Shown piece after piece: positions 28,566 to 39,081 of a DNA stretch of 64,000 bases. The notes beneath the pieces are model-generated. The model did no database searches. It saw only the letters and a list, made by a program, of their open reading frames with translations, and had not been told where the DNA came from. The stretch is taken from the NCBI GenBank assembly GCA_017617005.1, contig JAFZWW010000111.1, forward strand, positions 3,392-67,391, in the 5' to 3' direction. The stretch comes from Lachnospiraceae bacterium. GTDB lineage: Bacteria; Bacillota; Clostridia; Lachnospirales; Lachnospiraceae. Within the stretch, counting starts at the first letter, position 1. The number at the start of each line of letters is the position of its first letter. A program made the translations under genes and the position numbers.

Positions 28566-29939
28566 TTACCTTCCTGCCAGTTCTTTGGTCACTTCTTCCC
28601 AGGTGATCTCTTTTTCAGCCATGAGCACCATCAGGTGATAGAGCAAATCACTGATCTCATAGATAACTTCCTGATTTCCTGAATTCTTGGATGCGATAAT
28701 GGTCTCCGTAGCTTCTTCTCCGAGCTTTTTGAGGATCTTATCAAGTCCCTTATCAAGCAGGTAATTGGTATATGATCCTTCCTTCGGATGAAGCTTTCTG
28801 TCCTTGATCACATCATATACTTTTTCAAATACCTGAAGGGGATTTACGGTATTGACCTCTTCGGAACCGGTTATCTCGTTAAAGAAACAGCTTCTGGCAC
28901 CTGTATGACATGCAACACCGACCTGTGAAACCTTGGCAAGGATAGTATCCTTGTCACAGTCGGCGGTGAGACTCTTTACATACTGGTAATGTCCGCTGGT
29001 CTCACCCTTTACCCACTGCTCTTCACGGCTTCTTGAATAATAAGTCATAAGACCGGTGGCGATGGTGTTAAGGAATGCTTCCTCGTTCATATAAGCAAGC
29101 ATAAGGACTTCATTATTCTTGTAATCCTGAACTATAACGGGTACAAGATCGTTGGGACCTTTCTTAAGATCACTCCATTTGATCTTACTCTCCAGGTGCC
29201 TTACGATGATGCCGTTCTGTGTGCAGATATCCTTGATGGATGAGATTTCACCGGAATTAAGGGAGATAACGTTGCCTGTAACACCGCTTACGGAATCTTT
29301 CTTCAGATATTCGATGATCTTATTGAATGCAAGGTCCTTGGCACTGATGATGATCGGAAGCTTTATCTCGTCTTCAATGACATCGAGTGCATGAATATTC
29401 TTAAGAAGGACTCCGGAGCAATACTTGGTACAAAGATCCGCAACACTTCCTGTATCCTTATCGTCACTTGCATGATAATTGGTATCTGTACCTATGAGAA
29501 GGCTTCTGTCAAGGCTTTCAACCTGTGTGGAGAAGGTCTTGGGAAAAGAAACCGAGGCATAGATCTTGTCCCTTCCGAAACGTCCGCTTGCCGCAGATGT
29601 AAGAAGGATATTTACCTCCTTGTCATAATCAAGGATGACCTTGGAGCAGCCTGCATATATCAGCTTCTTAACATCCTCGAGACGCTTGATATTTCCGGTT
29701 GCATATACGGGCACCTCACTGTCACCGCAGATAGCACGGATTATCTTAAGTGATTCTTCGTGAGCGGCATCTCCCATCCCCTCCGAAAGGTCGTAAATGA
29801 TTATACCGTCAGCAAGATCCCTGCAGAATTTCATAGCAAGGGAATAAGCATCCGCTTCAAGTACAGTATCATCCTCATCGGATACTACCGCTGAACCGTT
29901 CTTAAGATATATGCAGGGTAAAAACTTCTTTACGTACAT
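28566..29939 (-). CDS. hisIE: HisIE bifunctional enzyme with N-terminal degenerate HisF/HisA-like barrel
   Basis: HisI: [27 protein letters not shown]. HisE: [19 protein letters not shown]. The N-terminal ~245 aa resemble HisF/HisA. Confidence 0.9.
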   Translation of the reverse strand: MYVKKFLPCIYLKNGSAVVSDEDDTVLEADAYSLAMKFCRDLADGIIIYDLSEGMGDAAHEESLKIIRAICGDSEVPVYATGNIKRLEDVKKLIYAGCSKVILDYDKEVNILLTSAASGRFGRDKIYASVSFPKTFSTQVESLDRSLLIGTDTNYHASDDKDTGSVADLCTKYCSGVLLKNIHALDVIEDEIKLPIIISAKDLAFNKIIEYLKKDSVSGVTGNVISLNSGEISSIKDICTQNGIIVRHLESKIKWSDLKKGPNDLVPVIVQDYKNNEVLMLAYMNEEAFLNTIATGLMTYYSRSREEQWVKGETSGHYQYVKSLTADCDKDTILAKVSQVGVACHTGARSCFFNEITGSEEVNTVNPLQVFEKVYDVIKDRKLHPKEGSYTNYLLDKGLDKILKKLGEEATETIIASKNSGNQEVIYEISDLLYHLMVLMAEKEITWEEVTKELAGR

Positions 29940-30541
29940 TAAAGAGCTCCTTTCGTGGAAAGCACTCCCTTTACTCTGGGATCGGTATAGGTAGCCATAT
30001 CCAGAGCTTTAGCAAATGCCTTGAACATTGCTTCTGTTACGTGATGTGCATTTCCGTCGGACAAAACTTTAAAGTGCAGGTTCATTCCTGCGGAATAACT
30101 TACTGCGTAAAAGAATTCCCTTATAAGCTCGGTATCAAGATCACCGATCATCGGAACCTTGTATTCATATTCAAATCCAAGGAAAGGTCTATCGCAAAGA
30201 TCGAGGCTGCAGAGAACGAGAACTTCATCCATCGGAAGGATGAAATATCCGTATCTGTAGATTCCGGCCTTGTCACCTAGCGCCTTTTTGATCGCGGTAC
30301 CGAGAACGATTCCGGTATCTTCAACACTGTGATGTCCGTCAACCTTAAGATCCCCCTTGACCTTGCAGTCAAGGTCAAAGAAACCGTGCTTTGAGAATGC
30401 ACTTAGCATGTGATCGAAGAAACCTATGCCGGTATCGATGTTGTTTTTGCCGGTTCCGTCGATGGTAAGACTTACCTTGATGTCGGTCTCTCCGGTCTTT
30501 CTGGACACATCTGCTTTTCTTGTTTTCTTTGCTGCGGGCAT
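29939..30541 (-). CDS. hisB: Imidazoleglycerol-phosphate dehydratase
   Basis: [33 protein letters not shown]. Confidence 0.97.
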   Translation of the reverse strand: MPAAKKTRKADVSRKTGETDIKVSLTIDGTGKNNIDTGIGFFDHMLSAFSKHGFFDLDCKVKGDLKVDGHHSVEDTGIVLGTAIKKALGDKAGIYRYGYFILPMDEVLVLCSLDLCDRPFLGFEYEYKVPMIGDLDTELIREFFYAVSYSAGMNLHFKVLSDGNAHHVTEAMFKAFAKALDMATYTDPRVKGVLSTKGAL

Positions 30542-30571
30542 AACTGCCTCCTTATGGATTTGATCTGTATT

Positions 30572-31861
30572 TTATTCGAAACGAACCTTTATGCTGTTTG
30601 CGTGAGCGGTAAGTCCCTCGTTATTTGCAAACAACTGAATGGACTTTGAATCTCTTTCAAGAGCATCCTTTGAATAGTATATAACAGAGCTCTTCTTAAT
30701 GAAATCATCAACATTAACGGGGCTGAAGAATCTTGCGGTTCCGTTTGTGGGAAGGATGTGGTTGGGACCTGCAAAATAATCTCCGAGTGGTTCGGATGAA
30801 AACTCTCCGAGGAATATCGCACCGGCGTTCCTTATCTTGGTCATTACGGCGAAGGGATCCTCGGTAAGGATCTCAAGGTGTTCGCTTGCTACGGTATTAA
30901 CGGTATCGATCGCTTCGTCCATATCGGAAGCAAGAAGGATGTATCCGTAATTATCAAGGGATTTTCTGATGATCTCGCTTCTTGAAAGGGTCTTTAAGAA
31001 GCCCTCGATCTCCTCGTTAACCTTCTCGGCAAGCTTTTCATCGGTAGTTACAAGTATAGCACTTGCAAGCTCATCGTGCTCGGCCTGGCTTAAGAGATCC
31101 GCTGCAACATACCTGGGATTTGCTGATGAATCGGCAAGTACCATGACCTCGGAAGGACCGGCAATGGAATCGATGCTTACAAAGCCGTAAACTGACTTCT
31201 TGGCAAGTGCAACGAATATGTTTCCGGGGCCGGTGATCTTGTAAACCTTGGGGATGGACCTGGTACCGAATGCCATGGCACCGATTGCCTGTGCTCCGCC
31301 TGCCCTGTAGATCTCATCGGCACCTGCTATATCTGCGGCTACAAGTGTTCCGGGATCGATCACTCCGGTCTTTCCGGGAGGTGTGCACATGATGATGCGG
31401 TCAACTCCGGCAACCTTTGCGGGTACGATATTCATAAGAACGCTTGAAGGATATGCTGCTTTTCCTCCGGGAACATAGACACCGAGTCTTTCAATGGCGG
31501 TTATCTTCATTCCGAGCATTGTTCCGTCGGGTTTGGTCTCAAACCAGGAATTACGGAGCTGCTTAGTGTGGAATTCACGGATGTTTTCTGCGGCCTTTTT
31601 GATGACCTCGATATATTCCTTATCAAGCTTAGTGTATGCTTCGTCGATCTCGGCTCTTGTTACTTTGATATTTTCTTCGGTAAGCTTAAAACCGTCGAAC
31701 TTTTCGGTGTACTCAAAAAGAGCCTTATCTCCGTTTTCCCTGACATTGGCCAGTATTTCGTTTACCTTGGATTCATATTCGGTATACTGTGCGGGGGATC
31801 TTTTAAGAAGTGCGCTCTGGATCTCCGCGATCGAATCCTGTGACAATTTTACGATCTTCAT
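30572..31861 (-). CDS. hisD: Histidinol dehydrogenase
   Basis: YVPGG.AAYPSS, GPGNIFV, AGPSE, QAEHD, EHLE, GPNHILPT. Confidence 0.97.
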   Translation of the reverse strand: MKIVKLSQDSIAEIQSALLKRSPAQYTEYESKVNEILANVRENGDKALFEYTEKFDGFKLTEENIKVTRAEIDEAYTKLDKEYIEVIKKAAENIREFHTKQLRNSWFETKPDGTMLGMKITAIERLGVYVPGGKAAYPSSVLMNIVPAKVAGVDRIIMCTPPGKTGVIDPGTLVAADIAGADEIYRAGGAQAIGAMAFGTRSIPKVYKITGPGNIFVALAKKSVYGFVSIDSIAGPSEVMVLADSSANPRYVAADLLSQAEHDELASAILVTTDEKLAEKVNEEIEGFLKTLSRSEIIRKSLDNYGYILLASDMDEAIDTVNTVASEHLEILTEDPFAVMTKIRNAGAIFLGEFSSEPLGDYFAGPNHILPTNGTARFFSPVNVDDFIKKSSVIYYSKDALERDSKSIQLFANNEGLTAHANSIKVRFE

Positions 31862-31915
31862 GATATTTCCTCCGAAACCGCCTATCTCATTATATATGAA
31901 CGGCGGATAATAATT

Positions 31916-32563
31916 TTATAACAATTCCTTAAGCTTTATAACAAGTTCCCTGATGCGGTCGCCCTTAAGCTGCATGCTCACGGGATTGACGATCATTCTT
32001 GCGGAAAGCGGGCAGATCTCTTCGAGTACGGTAAGTCCGTTTTCCCTTAAGGTGGAACCGGTTTCTACTATATCGACTATGACATCTGCAAGACCTACGA
32101 TGGGTCCGAGCTCAACGCTGCCGTTAAGCTTGATGATGTCAACGGTCTGGTTCTTTTTATTATTGAAATACTCCTTCGCAATGACGGGGTATTTGCTGGC
32201 AACTCTTATCCTCTCATGATGCAGGAGTTTTTCGGATGCCGACTCCGGACCGCAAACACACATACGGCATTTTCCGAATCCCAGGTCAAGGATCTCATAT
32301 ACATTTCTGTTTTCCTCAAGGATCGTATCACGTCCCACAACTCCGATATCGGCAGCACCGTATTCGACATATGTCGGAACGTCCGGTCCCTTTGAAAGGA
32401 AAAACCTGGTCTTGGTATCCTCGCTTGTAAAGATCAGTTTTCTCGAAGAAGGATCCTTCATCTCTTCGCAGCTGATGCCGATCTTCTCAAAGAGCTCCAT
32501 TGTTTTATTGGATAATCTGCCCTTGCCGAGGGCGAAAGTAAGATAATCGTCGTAACTGTTCAT
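31916..32563 (-). CDS. hisG: ATP phosphoribosyltransferase, short form
   Basis: KGRL, DVPTYVEYGAADIG, GSVELGP, DIVETGSTL. Confidence 0.97.
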   Translation of the reverse strand: MNSYDDYLTFALGKGRLSNKTMELFEKIGISCEEMKDPSSRKLIFTSEDTKTRFFLSKGPDVPTYVEYGAADIGVVGRDTILEENRNVYEILDLGFGKCRMCVCGPESASEKLLHHERIRVASKYPVIAKEYFNNKKNQTVDIIKLNGSVELGPIVGLADVIVDIVETGSTLRENGLTVLEEICPLSARMIVNPVSMQLKGDRIRELVIKLKELL

Positions 32564-32575
32564 AATATCTCCTTA

Positions 32576-33703
32576 TCACTTCCTGATGATCGAAGCTCTT
32601 CCGCCGTTGCTGCGGATCTCAGCAGCTTTCTTAACTGCTTCTTCATAGCCTGCGGGGTTATCATCGGAATATGTCAGCAAAGTGATCTCGGTATCTGCGG
32701 GGAAATCGATGCCCTGTCTTTCAAGAAGCTTTTCAACCTCATCGGGAAGGATCACGAAGCCGACTGCCGGAGCATTCTTGCCAAAATAAGAAAGAAGCGT
32801 GTCATATCTTCCGCCCATTGCTATGGGTGATCCGGAACCGAGTGCAAATGCCTTAAACACTATGCCGGTATAATACTGATACTTTGAAAGCATTCCGAGA
32901 TCGAATGATACATATTTTTCAAATCCGCGGATCTTAAGAAGTTCAAAAAGTCTGCTGAGTCTCTCGATCGCTTTCTTGGATATATCGTTTCCTGCGGATT
33001 TTTCAAGCTCGGAAAGCATTGAATGATCAGCGAAAGTATCTGTGATCCGAAGAAGCTTTTCCCTCATCTCATCTGAAATATTGCACTCTTTTAACAGATC
33101 GGATGCGGCAATGGGATTCTTGGAGGAGATAAGATCCCTGAGATCGTATTCATCTTCGGGTGAAAGCTTGGCTTCACTGCAAAGTCCCTTGAAATAATCA
33201 ACCTCGCCGATAGATATCCTGAAATTCTCAAGACCGGTTTTAAGAAGGCTTTCTATAAGAAGAGATACCATCTCGGCATCTGCTTCCGCCGAACCGTCAT
33301 TTATAAGCTCGGCACCTTCCTGGGTAACTTCGCAATACTTACCCTGAAGGGATGATATATTCTGGAAAGTCGAACCGATGTATGAAAACCTGAGAGGCTT
33401 ATTCTCATCCATGAAATACTTTGCGGCACATCTTGCGATCGAAGGTGTGAAATCGGGACGAAGCGCAAGTGTTTCATTATCCTTGTCAAAGAACTTATAA
33501 AGCTCCCTTGAGGGAATTGTTCCGACTTCCTTGGAAAAGACATCGAAATACTCAAATGAAGGCGTCTGGATATCGGAATAACCGTATGAATTGATACAGT
33601 CGGCAATTGTCTTCCTTACATATTTGATATTGTCATACTCTTTTCCGTATATATCCCTGACACCGTCGGGAGTATGTAAAAGATTATTCTTGAATTTACT
33701 CAT
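32576..33703 (-). CDS. hisZ: ATP phosphoribosyltransferase regulatory subunit
   Basis: HisRS-like fold: LHTPDGVRD, LRPDFTPSIAR, YYTG, GGRYD; precedes short hisG. Confidence 0.93.
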   Translation of the reverse strand: MSKFKNNLLHTPDGVRDIYGKEYDNIKYVRKTIADCINSYGYSDIQTPSFEYFDVFSKEVGTIPSRELYKFFDKDNETLALRPDFTPSIARCAAKYFMDENKPLRFSYIGSTFQNISSLQGKYCEVTQEGAELINDGSAEADAEMVSLLIESLLKTGLENFRISIGEVDYFKGLCSEAKLSPEDEYDLRDLISSKNPIAASDLLKECNISDEMREKLLRITDTFADHSMLSELEKSAGNDISKKAIERLSRLFELLKIRGFEKYVSFDLGMLSKYQYYTGIVFKAFALGSGSPIAMGGRYDTLLSYFGKNAPAVGFVILPDEVEKLLERQGIDFPADTEITLLTYSDDNPAGYEEAVKKAAEIRSNGGRASIIRK

Positions 33704-33746
33704 ATTGGTCTCTCTTTGCTAAATTGTCGATATTGTTGGCTCAATT

Positions 33747-33814
33747 CACTTTACTATGCTAATGTGCTAATTTGCTAATATGGTAAATTTATCATAGAAG
33801 TGCTGCCCTGTCAA
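33747..33814 (-). promoter_or_regulatory. his operon promoter with HisR-like operator
   Basis: Minus strand TTGACA (33814-33809), 17-bp spacer, TGaTAAATT. Palindrome CACTTTA-CTATGC-TAATGTG (33747-33766) plus 8-bp-period TGCTAAT repeats. Confidence 0.65.
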
Positions 33815-33849
33815 CCGAAATAATTATACCGTTATTATAATAATATGAT

Positions 33850-33890
33850 AATCCCCTCGTTCCCGTATAATTTCGGCAAGGAGGGGATTT
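33850..33890 (-). terminator. Putative terminator downstream of recU
   Basis: AATCCCCTC...GAGGGGATT inverted repeat immediately after the read-through stop of recU (33893). Confidence 0.55.
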
Positions 33891-33892
33891 AC

Positions 33893-34429
33893 TCATTCGG
33901 GTCTGTCTGCAAGGTCCTGATTAACTTTATCTAAGTATGGAACCGGGATACCCGGTGATTCGGGAATGATGTAATCGGGATTGAGTTCGTCATGACGGAA
34001 GGACTTCCTGCCGCCGCTCTATGCTCCTTCCCAGAAGAATTCCAGCATCTGAAGCGGAAGGTAATAAAGCTCGCTCCTTCCAGTGAAATAGATCAAAAAG
34101 AAAGCAATACCGCCCTGCTTTTCAAATTTTCTCATGAACTCGACCTGATGTTCATGGATGTTATTAAGTGAGAAGGTATCGGTAGCACATTCCTTGGCGT
34201 CAAAGCAGATGGGAATCCCCTGGACGGCTCCGATATAGTCAACGGTACTCTTCTGGTCAAAATATGCTAAGGTGATATGCCTTGTTTCCTTATCGATATT
34301 GATCGGAGTTATCGGAGTCGGGATCTTCTGTACAAGGGCAAGTCCGGCCTCATCATATTTTTCATTTGACCTGTTTATGAGATCCTCCAAAGTAGAACCT
34401 CTGAGGCCTCTTGATTTCCAAGTAGTCAT
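33893..34429 (-). pseudogene. recU: Holliday junction resolvase RecU with an in-frame TAG (34021-34019)
   Basis: RG..LE, QKIPTPI, STVDYIG, FDAKE, HQVEF. The same frame continues past TAG as SGGRKSFRHDELNPDYII...VPYLDKV to TGA at 33895-33893. Confidence 0.75.
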
Positions 34430-35406
34430 AAAGGCATTTCCTCTGATGAACCGAATGCATTTTTGAATACAGTGATCATATCTGCGGGTACATCCGCCCT
34501 GAAGCAATTACCGTTATATCCCAGACTTTCGCCCGATATCATTAACTCATATGCATGGAGCATCTGTCTCTTTGCTCCAAAGCTGTCTTTCCCTCCGTAT
34601 TTGGGATCGCCGACGATCGGATGTCCGAGATGCGATAAATGTGCTCGTATCTGATGGCTCTTTCCGGTATAAAGTCTTACTTTCAATAAGCTCGCATCAT
34701 CTCCTGCCTTAAGAACTTCAAAGCCGGACTTGATCTCAACGGAATCTTCTTCAGCATTGTCCGTAAACAGGAGCTTATTGTTCTTTTCATCCTTCTTCAC
34801 TAAAGAAGTATGTATCCCTTCTTTATCAAATCTTCCTTTGACAAGTGCCAGATAATATTTCTCCGCATCACGTTCTGAAAGCATCTTATTGAGGAATCTG
34901 GCGCCCTGAAGAGACTTTGAGCAAAGGATAAGTCCGGATGTATTCCTGTCGAGCCTGTTGCAGACGGACGGCTTAAAATATGAAAGCTCATCTGCTTTAA
35001 TATCGCCGCTGTGAAGAAGGTAACCGATCAGATAATCGTTTATACTGAGGTCACCGCTCGCATCGGACTGTGACAGTATTCCGGCGGGTTTGTTGAAAAT
35101 TTGGATATCCTTATCAGAATAAACAACTTCAATCTTACCGTATTTTTCATAAGCCTTCATATATCCGGAAACATTGATCTTCTCCCCCTTGGAGAATTTT
35201 TCATATGTCTCATCGGAAAAGAAAACACGGATAAGGTCACCTTCGCATAAAAGCTCATGACCGCCGGCTTTTGAACCATTAAGAGTTATGTTCTTTTTTC
35301 GCAGCTGTTTATAGAGTAAGCTTCCGGGGCATGAAGGAAGAAGTCTTTTCAGAAATTTATCAAGACGCTGTCCGGCCGATTCATTTGTTACAGAGATTTC
35401 TTTCAT
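34426..35406 (-). CDS. RluA-family pseudouridine synthase (RluC-like)
   Basis: GQRLDKFL S4 domain, NKPAG, NRLDRNTSG, TGKSHQIR, GDPKYG. Confidence 0.9.
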   Translation of the reverse strand: MKEISVTNESAGQRLDKFLKRLLPSCPGSLLYKQLRKKNITLNGSKAGGHELLCEGDLIRVFFSDETYEKFSKGEKINVSGYMKAYEKYGKIEVVYSDKDIQIFNKPAGILSQSDASGDLSINDYLIGYLLHSGDIKADELSYFKPSVCNRLDRNTSGLILCSKSLQGARFLNKMLSERDAEKYYLALVKGRFDKEGIHTSLVKKDEKNNKLLFTDNAEEDSVEIKSGFEVLKAGDDASLLKVRLYTGKSHQIRAHLSHLGHPIVGDPKYGGKDSFGAKRQMLHAYELMISGESLGYNGNCFRADVPADMITVFKNAFGSSEEMPL

Positions 35407-35963
35407 TACAAAACTATCTGTCTGAGTATTTTCATGACATTCTCATCGGTGCCTGCGGAAGGTTTTAATGATGAGATCCTGTTCAGATATGTTTTTTTAT
35501 CCGTAAAGACTTTCACGGTTATGTTCTTAAGGTTCTCAACGGCAAGAATGGATGTCACATGATCCTTGAACTTATTCTCATCAAATTTGGGATCTTCGGT
35601 ATAGCCTATAACGCATCCTTCGGAAACACATAGATGAGAAATACTGTAGTTGACCTTCTCGGATGTAAAGACCATATCATAAGCATTAAGTATTCCTTCG
35701 CAATCGATCCTATCCTTAAAGCTTTTGTATCTTAGGAACATGATCACGGATACAAGAGCTTTGGATGCGGGAAGAACACCGAATACGGCAACTATAGTAA
35801 GTAGATTCTTCTTGGTGCCGGTAGTTATATATCCCGCCAGAAAGATTGCTATCGAAAGAGAATACAGGATGACGGCTCTCGCGATCTCATATTTTTTCTG
35901 TGTATCGAGATACCTGAATTCACCTTTATAATTTTCGCCCGAAAAAATTCTTGAAAAAGTCAT
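35406..35963 (-). CDS. Hypothetical membrane protein (2 TM)
   Basis: 185-aa ORF overlapping both neighbours in the operon; two hydrophobic helices. Confidence 0.75.
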   Translation of the reverse strand: MTFSRIFSGENYKGEFRYLDTQKKYEIARAVILYSLSIAIFLAGYITTGTKKNLLTIVAVFGVLPASKALVSVIMFLRYKSFKDRIDCEGILNAYDMVFTSEKVNYSISHLCVSEGCVIGYTEDPKFDENKFKDHVTSILAVENLKNITVKVFTDKKTYLNRISSLKPSAGTDENVMKILRQIVL

Positions 35964-36733
35964 TAACGATATAACCTGTTAGTAAAAGCGATGATGATAC
36001 GATGAGGACATATCTTGGTAAAGAAGTAGAACATTCTCATCATTGTCGTGGGAATGGATATCTCCTTCTTATCAAAGGAATCTTTGAGTGCGGTCTTTAC
36101 GACAACATCGGGAGTCGTCATTGCCCACTTCTTCATTGAAAGAGTTCTTGTGCCAAGTTTTTCGGCAACATCAAAGAATTCTGTCTTTACAGGTCCGGGA
36201 CAGACCGCGGTCACATAAATCTGCCTGTCCTTAAGCTCCGCATTCAGTGATCTGGAAAAGCTGAGAACATATGATTTCGTTGCGGCATATACGGAGAAAG
36301 AAGGCTGGGGAACAAATGCCGCACTTGATGCGAGGTTAATGATCCTTGAATTCTTTCCCATATAAGGAAGACAAGCATATGTGATATCGGTAAGGGCCCT
36401 TACATTAAGATCGCACATACCGGTTTCTTCTTTTCTGTCACCCTTCGTGAATTCCCCAAGGATTCCGTAGCCTGCCGCATTGACAAGGAATCTTACCTTG
36501 TATTTATCGGCACCGAGCATTGCGGAGATCCTGTTTACCGTATTTCTGCTTGATAAGTCTCCGCTTATTATCTTGGCATGATGACGGAGCTTCCCGGCAA
36601 GTTCTTCCAGTCTTTCTTTTCTCCTGGCAACGATCCATATCTCATCGAGTGCGTCCATGCTCTGATCGAGAGCAAGGGCAAATTCACGTCCGATACCGGA
36701 TGATGCTCCTGTGATTATCGCGATATATTTCAA
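35963..36733 (-). CDS. Short-chain dehydrogenase/reductase (SDR)
   Basis: TGASSGIG, NAAG, YAATK, CPGP. Confidence 0.92.
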   Translation of the reverse strand: MKYIAIITGASSGIGREFALALDQSMDALDEIWIVARRKERLEELAGKLRHHAKIISGDLSSRNTVNRISAMLGADKYKVRFLVNAAGYGILGEFTKGDRKEETGMCDLNVRALTDITYACLPYMGKNSRIINLASSAAFVPQPSFSVYAATKSYVLSFSRSLNAELKDRQIYVTAVCPGPVKTEFFDVAEKLGTRTLSMKKWAMTTPDVVVKTALKDSFDKKEISIPTTMMRMFYFFTKICPHRIIIAFTNRLYR

Positions 36734-36737
36734 ATCA

Positions 36738-37883
36738 TTATCCTCCGTAAATGGTGCCTGTCCTGTACAAAGGTGTGTCGGATCCGTTAAATCTTTCCAG
36801 GAACGTTACCGGTTCCGATTTTGTAAAAGCGTCATATCTGTTGAAGCCTTTGATGACAATGGTCGGTCTGTATCCGTTTTCAAAAGGAAGTGTCAGCTCA
36901 AAGCTGCCGTCGAATGTACCGTTATATGTATCGGCTCCCGGCCATGGCTTTGATTCCTGCCATGTCCATCCTCCGTCAGTTGACAATGCATAGAACATCA
37001 TCATTCCATCCGCTTCGGTGGCACTTATTACTATGGTAACCGTGTTGGAAACAGGATCAATGCTCTTTACGGAAATGCTCACTTCATCAGGTGCAGTCCT
37101 GTCTTCATATGTTGCATCGTTGAATGATGATGTGTCGGCATAAACAAGATCATCGGAAGGTCCTGTATGATCAATACCGAGAACAGAACTCTTTAATCCG
37201 AAGAATTCGGCTATGGCATCCGCATCGGTTCTTCCGTAATCCCTGAGCTGGTCACCGGTTCTTGTGAAAGGAGCATCAACGGTTCCGTCGGCAAAGCAGT
37301 GCTCAATTATGACAGCGGGAATTTCGCGATATACATTGGCTGAGATTATCGTATAGTAATCTCCTTCGGTCTTCAGTCCCTTTCTGGTTTTGACGCCTCT
37401 CGGAAAGATACCGAATTCGCTTTCAAATCTCTGCATCAAAAGGTTTCCGAACTGATAGCCGTATCCGTTATAGGGTGAAATCCTGGAAGTATAAACCTCG
37501 ATACCGAATCTGTCATGCGCATAACAGGCATTGTAGTGAATGCTGAAAACAAAATCGGCTTCCACACTCTTTGCAAATTTGGCCCTGTCGGTAAGAGAGA
37601 TCGTTGTATCGTTATCGAACCTGGTCATATATACGGTTACGCCTTCGTACATATTCAGTCTTTCGACAAGAGCCTGGGCTGTGATCAGGTTCATGAATCT
37701 TTCCTGTATCCTTCCGCCCTGAGTTCCTGTATCGGTTCCGCCATGTCCGGGATCAATGACGATCACAAGGTTATCATCTTTGGGAAAAACTCTTTCAGCA
37801 GCACAGACATTCAGTTCGGGTATCATTACCAGAACGATGAGAAGAAATACCGATATAAACTTTTTGAATGTCTGTTTATTCAT
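36738..37883 (-). CDS. N-acetylmuramoyl-L-alanine amidase (Amidase_3), secreted
   Basis: Signal peptide from ATG 37883; IDPGHGG, E, SIHYNA, IIEHCF. Confidence 0.88.
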   Translation of the reverse strand: MNKQTFKKFISVFLLIVLVMIPELNVCAAERVFPKDDNLVIVIDPGHGGTDTGTQGGRIQERFMNLITAQALVERLNMYEGVTVYMTRFDNDTTISLTDRAKFAKSVEADFVFSIHYNACYAHDRFGIEVYTSRISPYNGYGYQFGNLLMQRFESEFGIFPRGVKTRKGLKTEGDYYTIISANVYREIPAVIIEHCFADGTVDAPFTRTGDQLRDYGRTDADAIAEFFGLKSSVLGIDHTGPSDDLVYADTSSFNDATYEDRTAPDEVSISVKSIDPVSNTVTIVISATEADGMMMFYALSTDGGWTWQESKPWPGADTYNGTFDGSFELTLPFENGYRPTIVIKGFNRYDAFTKSEPVTFLERFNGSDTPLYRTGTIYGG

Positions 37884-37894
37884 ACTTCTATGGG

Positions 37895-37927
37895 AAAAAT
37901 AAAACCGGCTTATAAAAAGCCGGTTTA
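37895..37927 (-). terminator. Terminator-like hairpin after the coiled-coil gene
   Basis: AAACCGGCTT-ATAAA-AAGCCGGTTT, with a T-rich tail on the minus strand. Confidence 0.6.
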
Positions 37928-37932
37928 TCATT

Positions 37933-38559
37933 TTATTCATTATCGGTATCGGGATAAACCGTACTGATGCCCCGACCGGAAGGTCCAGGCTTTTCATCTC
38001 TTCCGGAACGGGATTCCTTGAGAGAATCATGATCTGCCTTTACAGCCTGAAGCTTGGAATTAAGAGCATTAAGAAGTGAATCGTACTGATCGGATACGGT
38101 TCTTGAAGAGGAAGCAAGAAGTCCCTCGACATACTTCATGACATCTTCCATATACTCCATTGCGGCATCCCTGCATGCATTTGCTTCATTTGTAGCATTG
38201 TCAAGGATCTGCTGAGCTTCAGCCATGGTCTGGCTCGTAACGGCATCTGCCTGCTCGTATGCTTTCTTGAGTATCTCATTCTGTGAAAGCATTTCATCGG
38301 TCTGGGCTGTAGCCTTCTCGATAAGTCCGTCAGCCATCTTTCTTGCATTATCAAGAATGGAATCCTGATTGCTGATGATCTTTTGGTATCTTGCTATCTC
38401 CTCGGGAGCCTTTCTCCTGAGTTCTTCGATATAACTGAGAATAACTTCTTTTTCGACATAGATCTCGGTATTGGATAAAAGCTTGGGTTTACATTCGGAA
38501 ATATACTGCTCAAGCTCATCGATGACACCAAAGATCTGGCTTTCCATTTTTCTTTCCAT
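37933..38559 (-). CDS. Conserved coiled-coil hypothetical protein downstream of coaD
   Basis: Alpha-helical heptads, 'IDELEQYI', 'PEEIARYQKII'; typical clostridial coaD neighbour. Confidence 0.75.
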   Translation of the reverse strand: MERKMESQIFGVIDELEQYISECKPKLLSNTEIYVEKEVILSYIEELRRKAPEEIARYQKIISNQDSILDNARKMADGLIEKATAQTDEMLSQNEILKKAYEQADAVTSQTMAEAQQILDNATNEANACRDAAMEYMEDVMKYVEGLLASSSRTVSDQYDSLLNALNSKLQAVKADHDSLKESRSGRDEKPGPSGRGISTVYPDTDNE

Positions 38560-38568
38560 TGTCTCTCC

Positions 38569-39060
38569 TTAAGAGCGGATACCTTTGAATTTTTCCTTGA
38601 GAGCCGCTTCGACAAAACCGGGAACGGAATGGCTTACATCGCCTCCGTAGCGAGCGATCTCTTTGACCGTCGATGAACTGAGATATGAATACTGCAGATC
38701 CGTGGTAAGGAAAACCGTATCTACTTTATTGTCGGATATCTTTCTGTTGGTCTGGGCTATCTGGAGTTCATACTCGAAATCCGTGACAGCTCTGAGTCCT
38801 CTGATCATGATATGAAGATTATTCTGAAGGCAATAATCAACCGTAAGACCGCTGAAAGAATCAACTCTTACGTTCTTCATGTCTTTCGTGGCTTCGGTTA
38901 ATATTTTAACACGTTCATCCACTGAAAACAATGCAGTCTTCTCACTGTTGTTAAGCACTGCGACTATGAGTTCGTCAAACATAAGTGACGCTCTTTTGAT
39001 GATATCGAGATGTCCCAATGTCATGGGATCAAAGCTTCCGGGATATAATGCTCTGTTCAT
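38569..39060 (-). CDS. coaD: Phosphopantetheine adenylyltransferase
   Basis: [35 protein letters not shown]. Confidence 0.97.
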   Translation of the reverse strand: MNRALYPGSFDPMTLGHLDIIKRASLMFDELIVAVLNNSEKTALFSVDERVKILTEATKDMKNVRVDSFSGLTVDYCLQNNLHIMIRGLRAVTDFEYELQIAQTNRKISDNKVDTVFLTTDLQYSYLSSSTVKEIARYGGDVSHSVPGFVEAALKEKFKGIRS

Positions 39061-39081
39061 ATATTCCCTCCTATGAATAAG

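Noticed and set aside
34019-34021. Genome-wide TAG reassignment (alternative genetic code)
   Set aside because: Only one interrupted gene among ~60; the others are full length under code 11, and aroK appears to end normally at TAG.
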